Source: Ferroglobus placidus DSM 10642 (lineage in GTDB: Archaea; Halobacteriota; Archaeoglobi; Archaeoglobales; Archaeoglobaceae). Taken from it: a stretch of DNA of 32,000 bases. The notes beneath the pieces were generated by a model. It saw only the letters and a list, made by a program, of their open reading frames with translations. It was not told the DNA's origin and did not search any database. The DNA is taken from assembly GCF_000025505.1 (NCBI RefSeq), contig NC_013849.1:2070001-2102000 (forward strand), given 5' to 3'. Both the position numbers and the translations under genes were made by a program. Position 1 is the stretch's first letter. Every line of letters begins with the position of its first letter. This document shows positions 7,969 through 17,281 of this stretch, one piece after another.

Positions 7969-9574
7969 GTGAATCTGAAAAAGTTTGACGTAGACGAGCT
8001 TTTCGTAACGCTCTTAATCGTGGTTCTCGTCGTAACAGCTTCAAACGTCTACTTCGTCCTCTCGAACGACATTCCTCGTCTTGGGATCCGGCGCTCCACA
8101 TGTACTACTCGCTGATATACTTTTACCTGATAAAATCGTTCGATTTTGGAAGCGTCGCAAAGGTCAGCAACTACTACCCGCCGTTCTTCCACCTTTCGTC
8201 CACTCCTCTCTACTTCGTTTTCGGCTTCTCCGAGAAGGTCGCAATTCTCACGAACGTGGTTTACTACTTCGTCCTCGTTTACTCGGTTTTTAGGATCGGA
8301 GAAATTCTAAAGGGATAGAAGAGCTGGCTTGATCTCATCCATCGTCGTCTCCGTCTTTCCGGTCCTTATAAAGTTTCAGCGGGTTTACATGCTCGACTTC
8401 GCCTTAATGTCGCTCGTCGCGCTGACAGTATATCTTTACCTCAAATCGAAAGATTTCAGAGATCTAAAATATTCATTGCTCTTCGGGGATTTCGTTTGGT
8501 CTCAGCGAGCTCACGAAGTGGAACGCCTTCATATACGTTCTTCCTACGATTTTTGCGATCTTTCTGATCAACTACTTCACTAGGTGTCCCTATTGCTATG
8601 AGGTTGTTCGAGAGGGTCTAAAGCACAGGTACAGGAAATTCCGCTCGAAGAAACATCTGCAGCTCTATGAAAATAGAAAGAATAAAAATAGTCAATATTT
8701 AAACGGTACATTCTCCATAATTCTGGCGTTCTTCGTAGCTGCGTGGTGGTATCTGCCGAACCTTAGAGTTACTCTTGCGAGACTTACGTACTTCGCAAAC
8801 ATCGGCGGAAGGGAAGGGGATCCGACTTTTCTGACTCTTCGGGGCTGGATTTATTACGCGAACGCTCTGCTCGATCACTTGGGGCTATTCTTCGCTCTGC
8901 TGTTTTTGATCTCTCTTTACTACCTCTACAAGCGAGATCGCAGAATTGCCGTGACAATTTTGGTAGCTTTTGCTGTTCCCTACGTGATCTTAACGATACT
9001 CTCGAACAAGAACCCGAGATATATAATGCCCGTGCTCCCGATCATTGCAGTTTCGATCGGAGCCTTCGTCGGGGATATTTTCGAGAAGAAATTCGGAAAG
9101 GCGTTGGTCGTTCTGATACTCGCGATCGGAATCTTAAACATCTCTGCCGTCACGTTCGGTCAGCCAGGTGTGGATAACAAAATACTGCCGAAGCCCGATC
9201 GTCCGAGGAAAGAGGACTGGAGGATAAACGATCTGCTCGAAGCTATCGAAGAGAGCGGCGGAGAAGGAAAAGTCGTCGTGGTTTTGCCGGACCACCCTTA
9301 CTTAAACGGACAGTCTCTCGAGTTCTACAGGCTGAAAGGCGGATACAAATTCGCTATCTTCAACGGCGTTTACATCGGCTACGAAACGTTCGTTCGCAAC
9401 TTCGACAAAATAGGTTACGTCGTGGTAATAGAACCGAGGGACCACAAGGGCGTGTACGGTGACGTGGAAAAGAAGCTCTACGAATTCTTCTACGAGCACA
9501 GAGACGAGTTCGAAAAAGTGGCGACGTTCAAACTCCCCGACAGCAGCAACATGATTCTCTACAAGAGAGCATGA
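7969..9574 (+). pseudogene. Multi-pass glycosyltransferase (ArnT/PMT-like, GT39-type), frameshifted
   Basis: Frames: VNLKKFDVDELFVTLLIVVLVVTASNVYFVLSNDIP (7969-); WDPALHMYYSLIYFYLIKSF... (to 8318); MISSIVVSVFPVLIKFQRVYMLDFALMSLVAL (8329-); ISFGLSELTKWNAFIYVLPTIF...NKNPRYIMPVLPI (open from about 8486 to 9574). Three breaks, near 8072-8080, 8318-8325 and 8486. Confidence 0.8.
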
Positions 9575-9836
9575 TAGATGTCACGAGGGTGCTCAAGTTT
9601 GCGATCGTCGGAGGATTTGGTGCTCTCGTGAACACGTCTCTCCTCTACGCGCTAACAGAATACTTGGGGCTTGAAGAGTAACCTGTGGAGAGTTTTCGGA
9701 ATTGCGCTGAACGTCCTTGTCCTCTACGTTCTGACAGAGTTACTTAAACGTCTACTACCTCCTGTCGAACTTCGCAGGAATTCTTTGCGCTTTCGCTCTC
9801 AACTACACTCTCGAAAGCAAGTTTACGTGGAGGTAG
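9571..9836 (+). pseudogene. GtrA-like membrane protein, internally deleted
   Basis: MIDVTRVLKFAIVGGFGALVNTSLLYALTEYLGLEE* is the GtrA N-terminus. It is followed by LWRVFGIALNVLVLYVLTE and, in another frame, LLSNFAGILCAFALNYTLESKFTWR* (stop 9834-9836). Confidence 0.75.
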
Positions 9837-10699
9837 CCGCGAACTCTCCCCAGCGCGACGAACGTGACGGCGATCAGAATTCCCAAGCTTTCAGTAAGCT
9901 CACCTCTCGCAATTCTCTGCAGCGCAGACTTCAAAACGAAGTTGAGGTAGCGCTTCTCCGTGGAGAGCTCGTGTTCTCTACTTAAAATCGCCTTCGAGAA
10001 ACCTTCGTAGTAGGCTCTCCTCAAAGCGTAGCTAAGCTTCGCTCTGCTTTCTGGAACTCTGTGGTAAACTACAGCTGAGGGATCGTAGATTATCTTGGCT
10101 TCCGGCTTCAACTTTTTCAGCCTTAAACAGAGTTCAGTCTCTTCGCTTCCGAGCAGTTTTTTACCGTACCTCCCGACTTCCGCTTTAAATTTTCCAGCGA
10201 CCTCAAAAACTACCCTTCTAAAAGCCATATTCGCGCCGATTGGATTCCTTACTTCAGCTCTGCTTTCCGGCATCCCCTTGTACGTGCAGCCGACGATCCA
10301 GTCGAGCTCTTCGGCAAGCCATCTTGGTCTTTTTTTATCAAATACAGGAACGATTTTTCCTCCCGCTATCCAAACCTTTTCGTCTTCGAAATTCCTCAGC
10401 AAGTTCTCCAGCCACCTCTTATCAGCCCAGGCGTCGTCGTCTACGAAAGCAATTATATCGCCTTTTGAGACCTCGATCCCCTTGTTTCTCGCATTCGAAA
10501 GACCGAAACCGTTGGACTTTACTATCCTTATTCCTTCTCCAATCCGACTTTCGTAGAAACTCACGAGTTCGTCAACGGGATCGAGAACGAGAATTATCTC
10601 ATCTGGCTCCCTCGTCTGACTCTTTAGCGACTCGACGCACCGCTTGACGTCTTCGAGTCTCTCCTTAGTGTACGTCGAAATCACGACCGAAACTCGCAC
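9803..10699 (-). CDS. Glycosyltransferase family 2
   Basis: 298 aa: MRVSVVISTYTKERLEDVKRCVESLKSQTREPDEIILVLD...GLSNARNKGIEVSKGDIIAFVDDDAW. Confidence 0.93.
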   Translation of the reverse strand: MRVSVVISTYTKERLEDVKRCVESLKSQTREPDEIILVLDPVDELVSFYESRIGEGIRIVKSNGFGLSNARNKGIEVSKGDIIAFVDDDAWADKRWLENLLRNFEDEKVWIAGGKIVPVFDKKRPRWLAEELDWIVGCTYKGMPESRAEVRNPIGANMAFRRVVFEVAGKFKAEVGRYGKKLLGSEETELCLRLKKLKPEAKIIYDPSAVVYHRVPESRAKLSYALRRAYYEGFSKAILSREHELSTEKRYLNFVLKSALQRIARGELTESLGILIAVTFVALGRVRGYLHVNLLSRV

Positions 10700-10910
10700 A
10701 GCTTAAAAATGGATTTACGAATTTAAATTTGTATCTAACCGACTTCTCTATACTTCTTACCTCTTCAAGGTTCGTCTCAAGATCTTTGAAATATTTCTTT
10801 CTACTCTTGTAAATACCTCTCAGGAAGTTTATTGCAGTTCTTTCAGCTGAGATTCCTCGAGACGACTTAATTATCTTCCACGAACCTCTCCAATTCATTG
10901 CTTTTAACAA
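10665..10910 (-). CDS. Small hypothetical ORF (possibly spurious)
   Basis: 81-aa ORF in a gap between genes. No recognised domain. Confidence 0.2.
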   Translation of the reverse strand: MLKAMNWRGSWKIIKSSRGISAERTAINFLRGIYKSRKKYFKDLETNLEEVRSIEKSVRYKFKFVNPFLSCASFGRDFDVH

Positions 10911-10977
10911 CCGAGGCGAGTTCCCTCAGCAACCTCCTGAGGCTGTGTTCTTTTCAAAAGAGTTTCGGCATCTCTTT

Positions 10978-11205
10978 TTATCGTAGGCGATTAGGCTCAA
11001 AATGATAAAAAGTCGTCTGTGTGTTAGATTGAACGTTTCTGGAGGTGCAAGCTTCAATAGGCAATCTAGGATTTTTCTTCCTTCCGTACATTAGTAGAAA
11101 CCTTATCGCCTCGTTAAAATTCACTCTCCTGCCGAGCTTCATCTGCAATTCGGAAGTGAACTTTAGTAATTCTTTAATGCCTTTTATTAAGAAGTTAAGC
11201 AACAA
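10978..11205 (-). CDS. Small ORF with antitoxin-like N-terminus (possible RHH/VapB relic)
   Basis: IKELLKFTSELQMKLGRRVNFNEAIRFLL resembles small archaeal antitoxins. The C-terminus looks unrelated and no toxin is adjacent. Confidence 0.3.
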   Translation of the reverse strand: MLLNFLIKGIKELLKFTSELQMKLGRRVNFNEAIRFLLMYGRKKNPRLPIEACTSRNVQSNTQTTFYHFEPNRLR

Positions 11206-11230
11206 GCTGAAGGCAAAAAACTTTGAAAAA

Positions 11231-11239
11231 TTTTTATAA
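11231..11239 (+). promoter_or_regulatory. TATA element for the HEPN/MNT pair
   Basis: tttttataa, about 24 nt upstream of the ATG at 11263. Confidence 0.45.
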
Positions 11240-11262
11240 CCTCCAAGAAGAAAAATAACCTA

Positions 11263-11646
11263 ATGAAAGAAGAAGTAAAAGTGTACCTCGAAAGGTCTAA
11301 GAAGTTCGAGAGAGACGCTAAATTCGACTTCGACAACGGAGATTACGACTTGGCTATGTTCCACATAGAACAGGCGATGCAGCTTTTAATAAAAGCGAAG
11401 TTGCTCGACTTGAAAGGTTACTTTGAAAGAACACACAGCTTGAGGAAGCTCTTAAGCGAGCTTAAAGACGTAGAAGGTGTTGAAGATTTTTTGAAAAAAT
11501 ATAAAATCGTTTTGAGAAATCTCGAAAGAGCATACGTAACATCGAGATATTACTTCGAAGAATTTTTCAGAGAAGAGGTGGAGGAGGCTTTCAAAGCTTT
11601 AGAGGAGCTGAGGAGGATACTATGGAAAGAGCAGAATACTTCCTGA
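11263..11646 (+). CDS. HEPN-domain protein
   Basis: 127 aa: YLERSKKFERDAKFDFDNGDYDLAMFHIEQAMQLLIKAKLLDLKG...TSRYYFEEFFREEVEEAFKALEEL. Overlaps the MNT gene. Confidence 0.88.
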   Translation: MKEEVKVYLERSKKFERDAKFDFDNGDYDLAMFHIEQAMQLLIKAKLLDLKGYFERTHSLRKLLSELKDVEGVEDFLKKYKIVLRNLERAYVTSRYYFEEFFREEVEEAFKALEELRRILWKEQNTS

Positions 11647-11933
11647 ACTTCAAAAAATACGCTGAAGAAATAAAGAGAATCTTGAAAGAGCATCTTTCGG
11701 AGTTTGAGGTTTACGTTTTCGGCTCGGTCGTGAGGGGAGATTATTCGATAGGATTGAGCGATATAGATATTGCTGTCGTGTCTGACGAGCTGAAAGATAG
11801 GGAAAAGAAACTGGAGATATACGATTTACTCTTAGAAAAATTCTTCGAAACCCCTTTCGAGTTCCATCTTTTAACGAAGGAGAAGTGGAAGTTCTATCTA
11901 AGGTTTATTAAAAACGACTACGTAAAAATTTAG
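11622..11933 (+). CDS. Minimal nucleotidyltransferase (MNT)
   Basis: 103 aa with VYVFGSVVRGDYSIGLSDIDIAVVS (GSxxRG...SDxD). Confidence 0.9.
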   Translation: MERAEYFLNFKKYAEEIKRILKEHLSEFEVYVFGSVVRGDYSIGLSDIDIAVVSDELKDREKKLEIYDLLLEKFFETPFEFHLLTKEKWKFYLRFIKNDYVKI

Positions 11934-12673
11934 CGGAGTAAAATAATTCCCATGAAGAGTATGACGAAGGATAGAATCAGCCTCAAAGCTCTATCGTCAA
12001 CTTTCGAGTTTGCGTAAACTCCTAAAATTACCCCGGGAGCTGAGGAAGTTATTAAGATCGACGCAAGCTGAAAATCCACGTTACCGATTTTAGCGTGGAT
12101 AATAGAAGCTAACAAAGTTAGAACGAAGCCGAAGAGAAGCTCCGTTCCGACAACAACTTTCGAAATCATCCCGGTAAAAATCAGAAGAAAGAGAGTTACG
12201 AGAACTCCGCTGCCAACGGAGGTTAGCTGAACCAAAAATCCAACGACGAAGCCGATGAGAATTAAGAGGGAATTTTTCGGGATTTCGTCGCTCTTCTTTC
12301 CGAAGAAGGTTTTGTAAATCGTTGCGGTTGAGGAAATTATCAATACTAAAGCCAGAACCCTCGTCAAAAGAATATCTAAGTAATTTACTCCATAATTCTC
12401 AACAACAAACAGCATTAAGAAAGTTGACAAAGCCAAACCCGGAATAGCTCCCGAAAGCAGAAAAACGGAAGCTTTAACGTTGACGTTTCCCCTTTTGAAA
12501 TGGAATACGGTTGCAAAAAACCTCGTTATTGAGTTGTATAGCAAATCCGTTCCCACAGCAACAACCGGAGGAATGCCTAAGAAAATCAAAGCGGGGGTCA
12601 TCAAAGCCCCTCCGCCCATTCCGGTTAATCCCACTAAAAATCCGACGAAAAATCCGAGGACGTAGAGTTCCAA
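11930..12673 (-). CDS. TauE/SafE-family permease
   Basis: 247 aa multi-TM: GFLVGLTGMGGGALMTPALIFLGIPPVVAVGTDLLYNSITRFFATVFHFKRGNVN, with an internal repeat GFVVGFLVQLTSVGSGVLVTL. Confidence 0.9.
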   Translation of the reverse strand: MELYVLGFFVGFLVGLTGMGGGALMTPALIFLGIPPVVAVGTDLLYNSITRFFATVFHFKRGNVNVKASVFLLSGAIPGLALSTFLMLFVVENYGVNYLDILLTRVLALVLIISSTATIYKTFFGKKSDEIPKNSLLILIGFVVGFLVQLTSVGSGVLVTLFLLIFTGMISKVVVGTELLFGFVLTLLASIIHAKIGNVDFQLASILITSSAPGVILGVYANSKVDDRALRLILSFVILFMGIILLR

Positions 12674-12676
12674 ACT

Positions 12677-13201
12677 TCAAACCTCCAGGTATCCCAACTC
12701 CTTTGCTTTTTCGATGATAGCCTCAACCTCCTCTTCGACGCTCATTTTGTGGGTTTCGAGAATTAGTTCAGGATCGTCTGGCTCTTCGTAAACACCGTCG
12801 TAGCCAGTTAAGTTTTTAATCTCACCTCGCATAGCTTTAGCGTACAGTCCTTTTGGATCCCTCTTCATCCTTACTTCGAGGGGGCACTTGAGGTAAACTT
12901 CTATGAATTTTCCAATTTCCTCCCTCGCCTTTTCCCTCACTGACTTGTAAGGAGAGATTAAAGAAACGACTGTAACAACTCCGTTCCTTGACAAAAGCTT
13001 AGCCATGTGGATCACTACGCGATTATGCATTTCCCTCGCTTCCTTGCTGAAGCCTATGTCCGGGTAAAGCTTTCTTCTAATTTCATCTCCATCCAAGACC
13101 TCTACCTTCAGCCCCATCTCTTTAAGCCTTTTTTCCAATGCCCTCGCAAGGGTCGTTTTTCCTGCCCCGCTCGGACCGGTAAGCCATACAACGAAGCTCA
13201 T
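12677..13201 (-). CDS. cysC: Adenylylsulfate (APS) kinase
   Basis: 174 aa: VVWLTGPSGAGKTTLARALEKRLKEMG, EVLDGDEIRRKL, DPKGLYAKAMRGEIKNLTGYDGVYEEPDDPELILETHKMSVEE. Confidence 0.95.
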   Translation of the reverse strand: MSFVVWLTGPSGAGKTTLARALEKRLKEMGLKVEVLDGDEIRRKLYPDIGFSKEAREMHNRVVIHMAKLLSRNGVVTVVSLISPYKSVREKAREEIGKFIEVYLKCPLEVRMKRDPKGLYAKAMRGEIKNLTGYDGVYEEPDDPELILETHKMSVEEEVEAIIEKAKELGYLEV

Positions 13202-14571
13202 ATCAATGCATTCCCCCTGAACTCAGCTTCTATGCCGAAAAGCTTTAGAATGGTAGGAGCGAAGTCGTATATCGAGCAGCTAATCCGCTTACTCTCTATT
13301 TCCGGATGGCTTAGTAGGAAAACTCCGTATTCTGAATGGACGGCATCGTCTGGCCCGGTATCGTTCTCAGCGAGATAGTTCGACTCCCAGCCGAGAGTTC
13401 CGGCAGCCCTCCAGTAGAGATCGTCGAAGTAAACCATTAAGTCCGGCTTGTCTCCCAAAGCGATCGGATATATTTCTTCTGGATAGAAAACCTTCGTATC
13501 CCACTTCTCCCCGTTAGGTCCTCTTATCGACTTTACGTGATCCGCTATTTCTTCCCTAACTTTCTCGTATTCGGATTTCTTTATTATCCCGTTCTTTTCT
13601 CTCCCTTCAACATTGAGGAAAATTCTCGAGTAGTATCCGCCCCAAGCCCACGCAACGGTTTTATTCCAATCGACGTCCAGCTCCTCGAATTTTACTCCGG
13701 CTCTTTTTTCGAGAATTTCAGGATTTCTGATTTTTAAATAGCCCTCCTCGATTAACCACTGATTAACTGCAAAAGCACCCTTCATTCTCTTTACCCCGTG
13801 ATCTGAAACTACAACTACGTAAGTGTCTTCCTCTACAAGCTCGAGGGTCTTTTTTATTTCCCTATCGAGGAGCTTGTAGTAGTCTTTTATAACGTTCTTG
13901 AACTTGCTGTTCTCTTCGTATAGGTGATGCTCTTTGTCGAAATACTTCCAGAAAGCGTGATGAATTCTGTCCAAACCAATTTCAACGAGCCAGAACAAGT
14001 CCCAGTCTTTTTCCTGAATTAGATGCCTTGCAACTTCAAACCTTTTCTCGGTCATTTCCCAGATTTTTTCCTTCACTTCCATCCTCTCGTCTTTTCTGAA
14101 AACGACGTCAAAGATGTACTCTCCAACAATCTTTTCCACCTCTTTCTTAAGCTCTTCGGGATAAGTGTAATTGGAGTTTGCGTCGGGAGTTATAAAGCAG
14201 CTTATTAGCCAACCGTTCACTCTCTTAGGCGGATAGCTTGGCGGAACTCCGATTAAAACGCTTTTCTTACCTTCCATTCCGAGGAAATCCCATATGGCAG
14301 GCTCAACTACCTTTCTGCTGTTCGCTATCCACATTTCATCGTAACTTCCAGCCTTTCTGTGCCTAAATCCGTATAATCCAAGCTCTCCCGGAGTTTTTCC
14401 CGTAAACATCACCGCCCAGGCTGGGATTGTTATTGCCGGAATGCAACTCCTCATCTCCCCGTAAATGGAGTTCTTTAAGAGCTTCTTTATCGCGGGCAGC
14501 TCATCTATGAACTTGCTGAATAAAAGTTCCGGAGGGGCTGAATCCAAACCGAAAATTAAAACCCTTACCAT
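13198..14571 (-). CDS. Alkaline phosphatase superfamily / type I phosphodiesterase
   Basis: 457 aa: LIFGLDSAPPELLF, SCIPAITIPAWAVMFTGKTPGELGLYGF, VVVSDHGVKRMKGAFAVNQWL, DDAVHSEYGVFLLSHP. Confidence 0.9.
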   Translation of the reverse strand: MVRVLIFGLDSAPPELLFSKFIDELPAIKKLLKNSIYGEMRSCIPAITIPAWAVMFTGKTPGELGLYGFRHRKAGSYDEMWIANSRKVVEPAIWDFLGMEGKKSVLIGVPPSYPPKRVNGWLISCFITPDANSNYTYPEELKKEVEKIVGEYIFDVVFRKDERMEVKEKIWEMTEKRFEVARHLIQEKDWDLFWLVEIGLDRIHHAFWKYFDKEHHLYEENSKFKNVIKDYYKLLDREIKKTLELVEEDTYVVVVSDHGVKRMKGAFAVNQWLIEEGYLKIRNPEILEKRAGVKFEELDVDWNKTVAWAWGGYYSRIFLNVEGREKNGIIKKSEYEKVREEIADHVKSIRGPNGEKWDTKVFYPEEIYPIALGDKPDLMVYFDDLYWRAAGTLGWESNYLAENDTGPDDAVHSEYGVFLLSHPEIESKRISCSIYDFAPTILKLFGIEAEFRGNALI

Positions 14572-15515
14572 ATGCTTTCACCGAAATGTTTCTCAATAAT
14601 TTTCACAACTTCACCAAGCTTTTCTCTCTCGCAAATTACTCCGAGAACGTCTTTTTTTCCTCCAGCGTTCAAATTTTTGCTTTTCAACTTTTTGATCAGC
14701 TCTTCAATCTTGTAATGCTCAGCTCTATCCTCTTTAACTCTCACGTAGAATTGAGAAAAGCCATAGTAGTTCTCGTTAACAACTACTGCAACTTCGCTAT
14801 TTAAGTCCCAAACGAGTTTTCTCGCGATGATAGATGCAATGTTGCAATCCGAAGAGAACTTTGCCAGACTAAACTTACCGTTTTCGCGAACTCTCTTCAA
14901 AACCCTGATTATCTCTCTTTCGATTTTTTCAACATTTCTGTTCCACGCCTCATCCTCAAGCAAATGCTTCGGATCGTTTTTTGCAACTTTCTCTACCGCT
15001 TCCTCAACTCCTCTTCTATCGAAAAGCAGAGACGGGGAGTTTATCAATTCCGCTAAGCGTGAAGCCTCCTCTTCGCTCAACTCATACTTTTTCAAAATTC
15101 TTAAAACCCATCCGAGTTTGAAAGCTCGTCTTCCGAGATCTCCCACAGCTCCCAAAGCAGATTTCCAGTTCCAGTGAGAAAAAAAGGATGAGACAACATA
15201 GCTTGCTGAAGGGGCTTGCTTTCCTTCAAAAATTGGATTTACGTGAACTACATTCTTCTTTTCGATTTTACTTTGAATGTGGTGATCCAAAAAGACTACA
15301 GGCTTTTCTATCCTTTCAACCTCGCTGGGAAGGTTTACGTCAACCACGTAGACTCTCTCCGCCTCTTTTACGGCATTCCAGATTCTTTCATCGAATTTGA
15401 AAATGCCCGGAGGCAATGTGATATTTTCAGAGTTATCTACAGCTTCCAAGATTAGAGATGCTGAACAGATTCCGTCTGTGTCCCAGTGGTGAATTATCAG
15501 ATTCATACTAATCAA
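14565..15515 (-). CDS. DHH-family phosphoesterase
   Basis: 316 aa: LIIHHWDTDGICSASLI, VYVVDVNLP, PVVFLDHHIQ, and C-terminal NLNAGGKKDVLGVICE (DHHA1-like). Confidence 0.85.
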   Translation of the reverse strand: MISMNLIIHHWDTDGICSASLILEAVDNSENITLPPGIFKFDERIWNAVKEAERVYVVDVNLPSEVERIEKPVVFLDHHIQSKIEKKNVVHVNPIFEGKQAPSASYVVSSFFSHWNWKSALGAVGDLGRRAFKLGWVLRILKKYELSEEEASRLAELINSPSLLFDRRGVEEAVEKVAKNDPKHLLEDEAWNRNVEKIEREIIRVLKRVRENGKFSLAKFSSDCNIASIIARKLVWDLNSEVAVVVNENYYGFSQFYVRVKEDRAEHYKIEELIKKLKSKNLNAGGKKDVLGVICEREKLGEVVKIIEKHFGESIW

Positions 15516-16662
15516 CGAAGGGTTTTTCGAAGCTTAAAATCACTTCAGCCACTTCTGGACGCATCATTTCTCTTGGCGGGAATTTTCCTTCCATAAGCAT
15601 CTCTCTTATTTTCGTTCCGCTTGGAGGAATTATGTCATCCCCTCTGTGGGGGCAAACTGCCTCGTTCACGTATCCGTAGCACTTCTTGCAGTAGTAAAAC
15701 TGCTTGAAAAATATTGGAGTAATTCCCAAATCTGGAAATTCCTCGAATATCTCCTGAGCTTCGTAAGGTTTGTAATAGCTTCCAACTCCGGCGTGATCTC
15801 TTCCAACTATGAAATGAGTACATCCAAAATTCTTCCTCACTATAGCGTGAAAAATCGCCTCCCTTGGACCAGCATAACGCATTTCAGTTCTAAGAATTGC
15901 CAAAACCGCTCTGTTCTTTAGGTAGTACTTTTCGATCAAAACTTCGTAGGCTTTGAGTATAACCTCGTCTCTGAAATCACCTTTCTTCTTTTTTCCTATG
16001 ACTGGGTTGATGAAAAGACCGTCTACGAAAGTTAAAGCCGTTTTCTGAACGTACTCGTGCCCTAAATGCGGGGCGTTCCTCGTTTGAAATCCGACGATGG
16101 TTCTCCATCCAAGCTCTTTAAACAAAACTCTCGTCTCTATTGGCTGGAGAGTGTACTTTTCGAAGGGATTTTCGATTCGATTCAAAAGCTCTATTTTCCC
16201 TCCAACGAGCCTATCTCTCATTTCGAAGACTTTTTTTACTCCAGGATGATCCAAATCTGTTGTCTTGAAAACTTTTTCAGCGTACTCTCTTTTATCGAAT
16301 TCGTAAATTTCCTCCACTTCCATCAAAGCTTCCACGTCGCCGTTGGTAACTAAAGCTACAACGTCCCCTTCACGAATTTCTAACTTTTCAAGCTCATCGA
16401 GGGAAACGTCGAGAACAATCGGAATAGTCCACGGAAGATCGTTTTCCAAACGCATGGTCTCAAGAACTGAAATGAAGTCGTTTCTCGTCATGAATCCTTC
16501 AAGAGGCGAGTAAACTCCGTGAGCTATGTTTTCTACCTCTACAGCCGTTTCCTTTGAAATCTCTATTTTCGGCAATTCTTTAGCTTCTTCAAGTAATTTA
16601 CTTCTTCTATCTTCAGCGACAACTCTATTAACGAGCTTTCCTCCGTGAGGTTTTGCTGGCAT
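15508..16662 (-). CDS. sat: ATP sulfurylase (sulfate adenylyltransferase)
   Basis: 384 aa: VYSPLEGFMTRNDF, GFQTRNAPHLGHEY, EMRYAGPREAIFHAIVRKNFGCTHFIVGRDHAGVG, PHRGDDIIPPSGTKIREMLMEGKFPP. Confidence 0.97.
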   Translation of the reverse strand: MPAKPHGGKLVNRVVAEDRRSKLLEEAKELPKIEISKETAVEVENIAHGVYSPLEGFMTRNDFISVLETMRLENDLPWTIPIVLDVSLDELEKLEIREGDVVALVTNGDVEALMEVEEIYEFDKREYAEKVFKTTDLDHPGVKKVFEMRDRLVGGKIELLNRIENPFEKYTLQPIETRVLFKELGWRTIVGFQTRNAPHLGHEYVQKTALTFVDGLFINPVIGKKKKGDFRDEVILKAYEVLIEKYYLKNRAVLAILRTEMRYAGPREAIFHAIVRKNFGCTHFIVGRDHAGVGSYYKPYEAQEIFEEFPDLGITPIFFKQFYYCKKCYGYVNEAVCPHRGDDIIPPSGTKIREMLMEGKFPPREMMRPEVAEVILSFEKPFVD

Positions 16663-16668
16663 AAAAGA

Positions 16669-16902
16669 TCAGTCCAGGTATCCTAAAGCTCTGAGTCTCT
16701 CCTTTACCTTTTCCTCTTCTTCCTTGCTAAAAGCCTCTTCTTTCTCCTCTTCCTCCAAACTTGCGAGAACCTCTCTTAAAACGTAGGTTACGTAGTCAGA
16801 AACGGAGGTAAAGCCAGTCCCTTCAATTCTCTGCTTTATTTTCTCATACAACTGCACCGGAATGCTAACGGTAGTGTACTTCCTCTTCTCCTCCTCGCTC
16901 AT
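16669..16902 (-). CDS. Ribbon-helix-helix regulator upstream of sat
   Basis: MSEEEKRKYTTVSIPVQLYEKIKQRIEGTGFTSVSDYVTYVLREVL is RHH. The supplied ORF begins at GTG 16911; ATG at 16902 looks the better start. Confidence 0.85.
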   Translation of the reverse strand: MSEEEKRKYTTVSIPVQLYEKIKQRIEGTGFTSVSDYVTYVLREVLASLEEEEKEEAFSKEEEEKVKERLRALGYLD

Positions 16903-16912
16903 ACAAACCACC

Positions 16913-16940
16913 TTAATTACATTTAATTAAATGTCATTAA
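16913..16940. promoter_or_regulatory. Near-perfect 28-bp palindrome, candidate operator of the sat operon
   Basis: TTAATTACATTTAATTAAATGTCATTAA: 13 of 14 pairs are complementary, with a perfect 16-bp core ACATTTAATTAAATGT. It lies 11 nt upstream of the RHH ATG. Confidence 0.65.
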
Positions 16941-16951
16941 AATAGTTTTCG

Positions 16952-17281
16952 TTACAAAACTCTAATCCAGTATTTGCGAGCATCCCTCAGAACTATACTT
17001 TCTTTTCTCTTTAGCTCTTCAGTAGTTACCGGAATTACTTCGACATTTCCGAGCTTCTCTTTCCAAATAATCTCGTTAACAATATCGAGTCTTTTTAAAA
17101 AAGCTACGCCTTCCCAATCGTCGGAAACAACAATCAGATCGATATCGCTACGCTTTAGGTAATCTCCTCGTGCGTAGCTTCCGAAGAGGTAAATTCCACT
17201 AATCTTAATTCCCCTTTTATAAAGAGCCTCTTTTAATTTTTCAGCCACTTCTATTACTCTCTTCGGCAAATTTCTTTGCAT
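16952..17281 (-). CDS. Minimal nucleotidyltransferase (MNT)
   Basis: 109 aa with GIYLFGSYARGDYLKRSDIDLIVVS. Confidence 0.9.
   Translation of the reverse strand: MQRNLPKRVIEVAEKLKEALYKRGIKISGIYLFGSYARGDYLKRSDIDLIVVSDDWEGVAFLKRLDIVNEIIWKEKLGNVEVIPVTTEELKRKESIVLRDARKYWIRVL

Noticed and set aside
10095-10647. Plus-strand 153-aa and 135-aa ORFs
   Set aside because: Antisense to the clearly supported GT2 gene.
12474-12717. Three overlapping small ORFs (61-68 aa)
   Set aside because: They overlap the TauE-like gene end or start on various frames. Shadow ORFs.
15188-15921. Plus-strand small ORFs across the DHH and sat genes
   Set aside because: Antisense to strong conserved genes.
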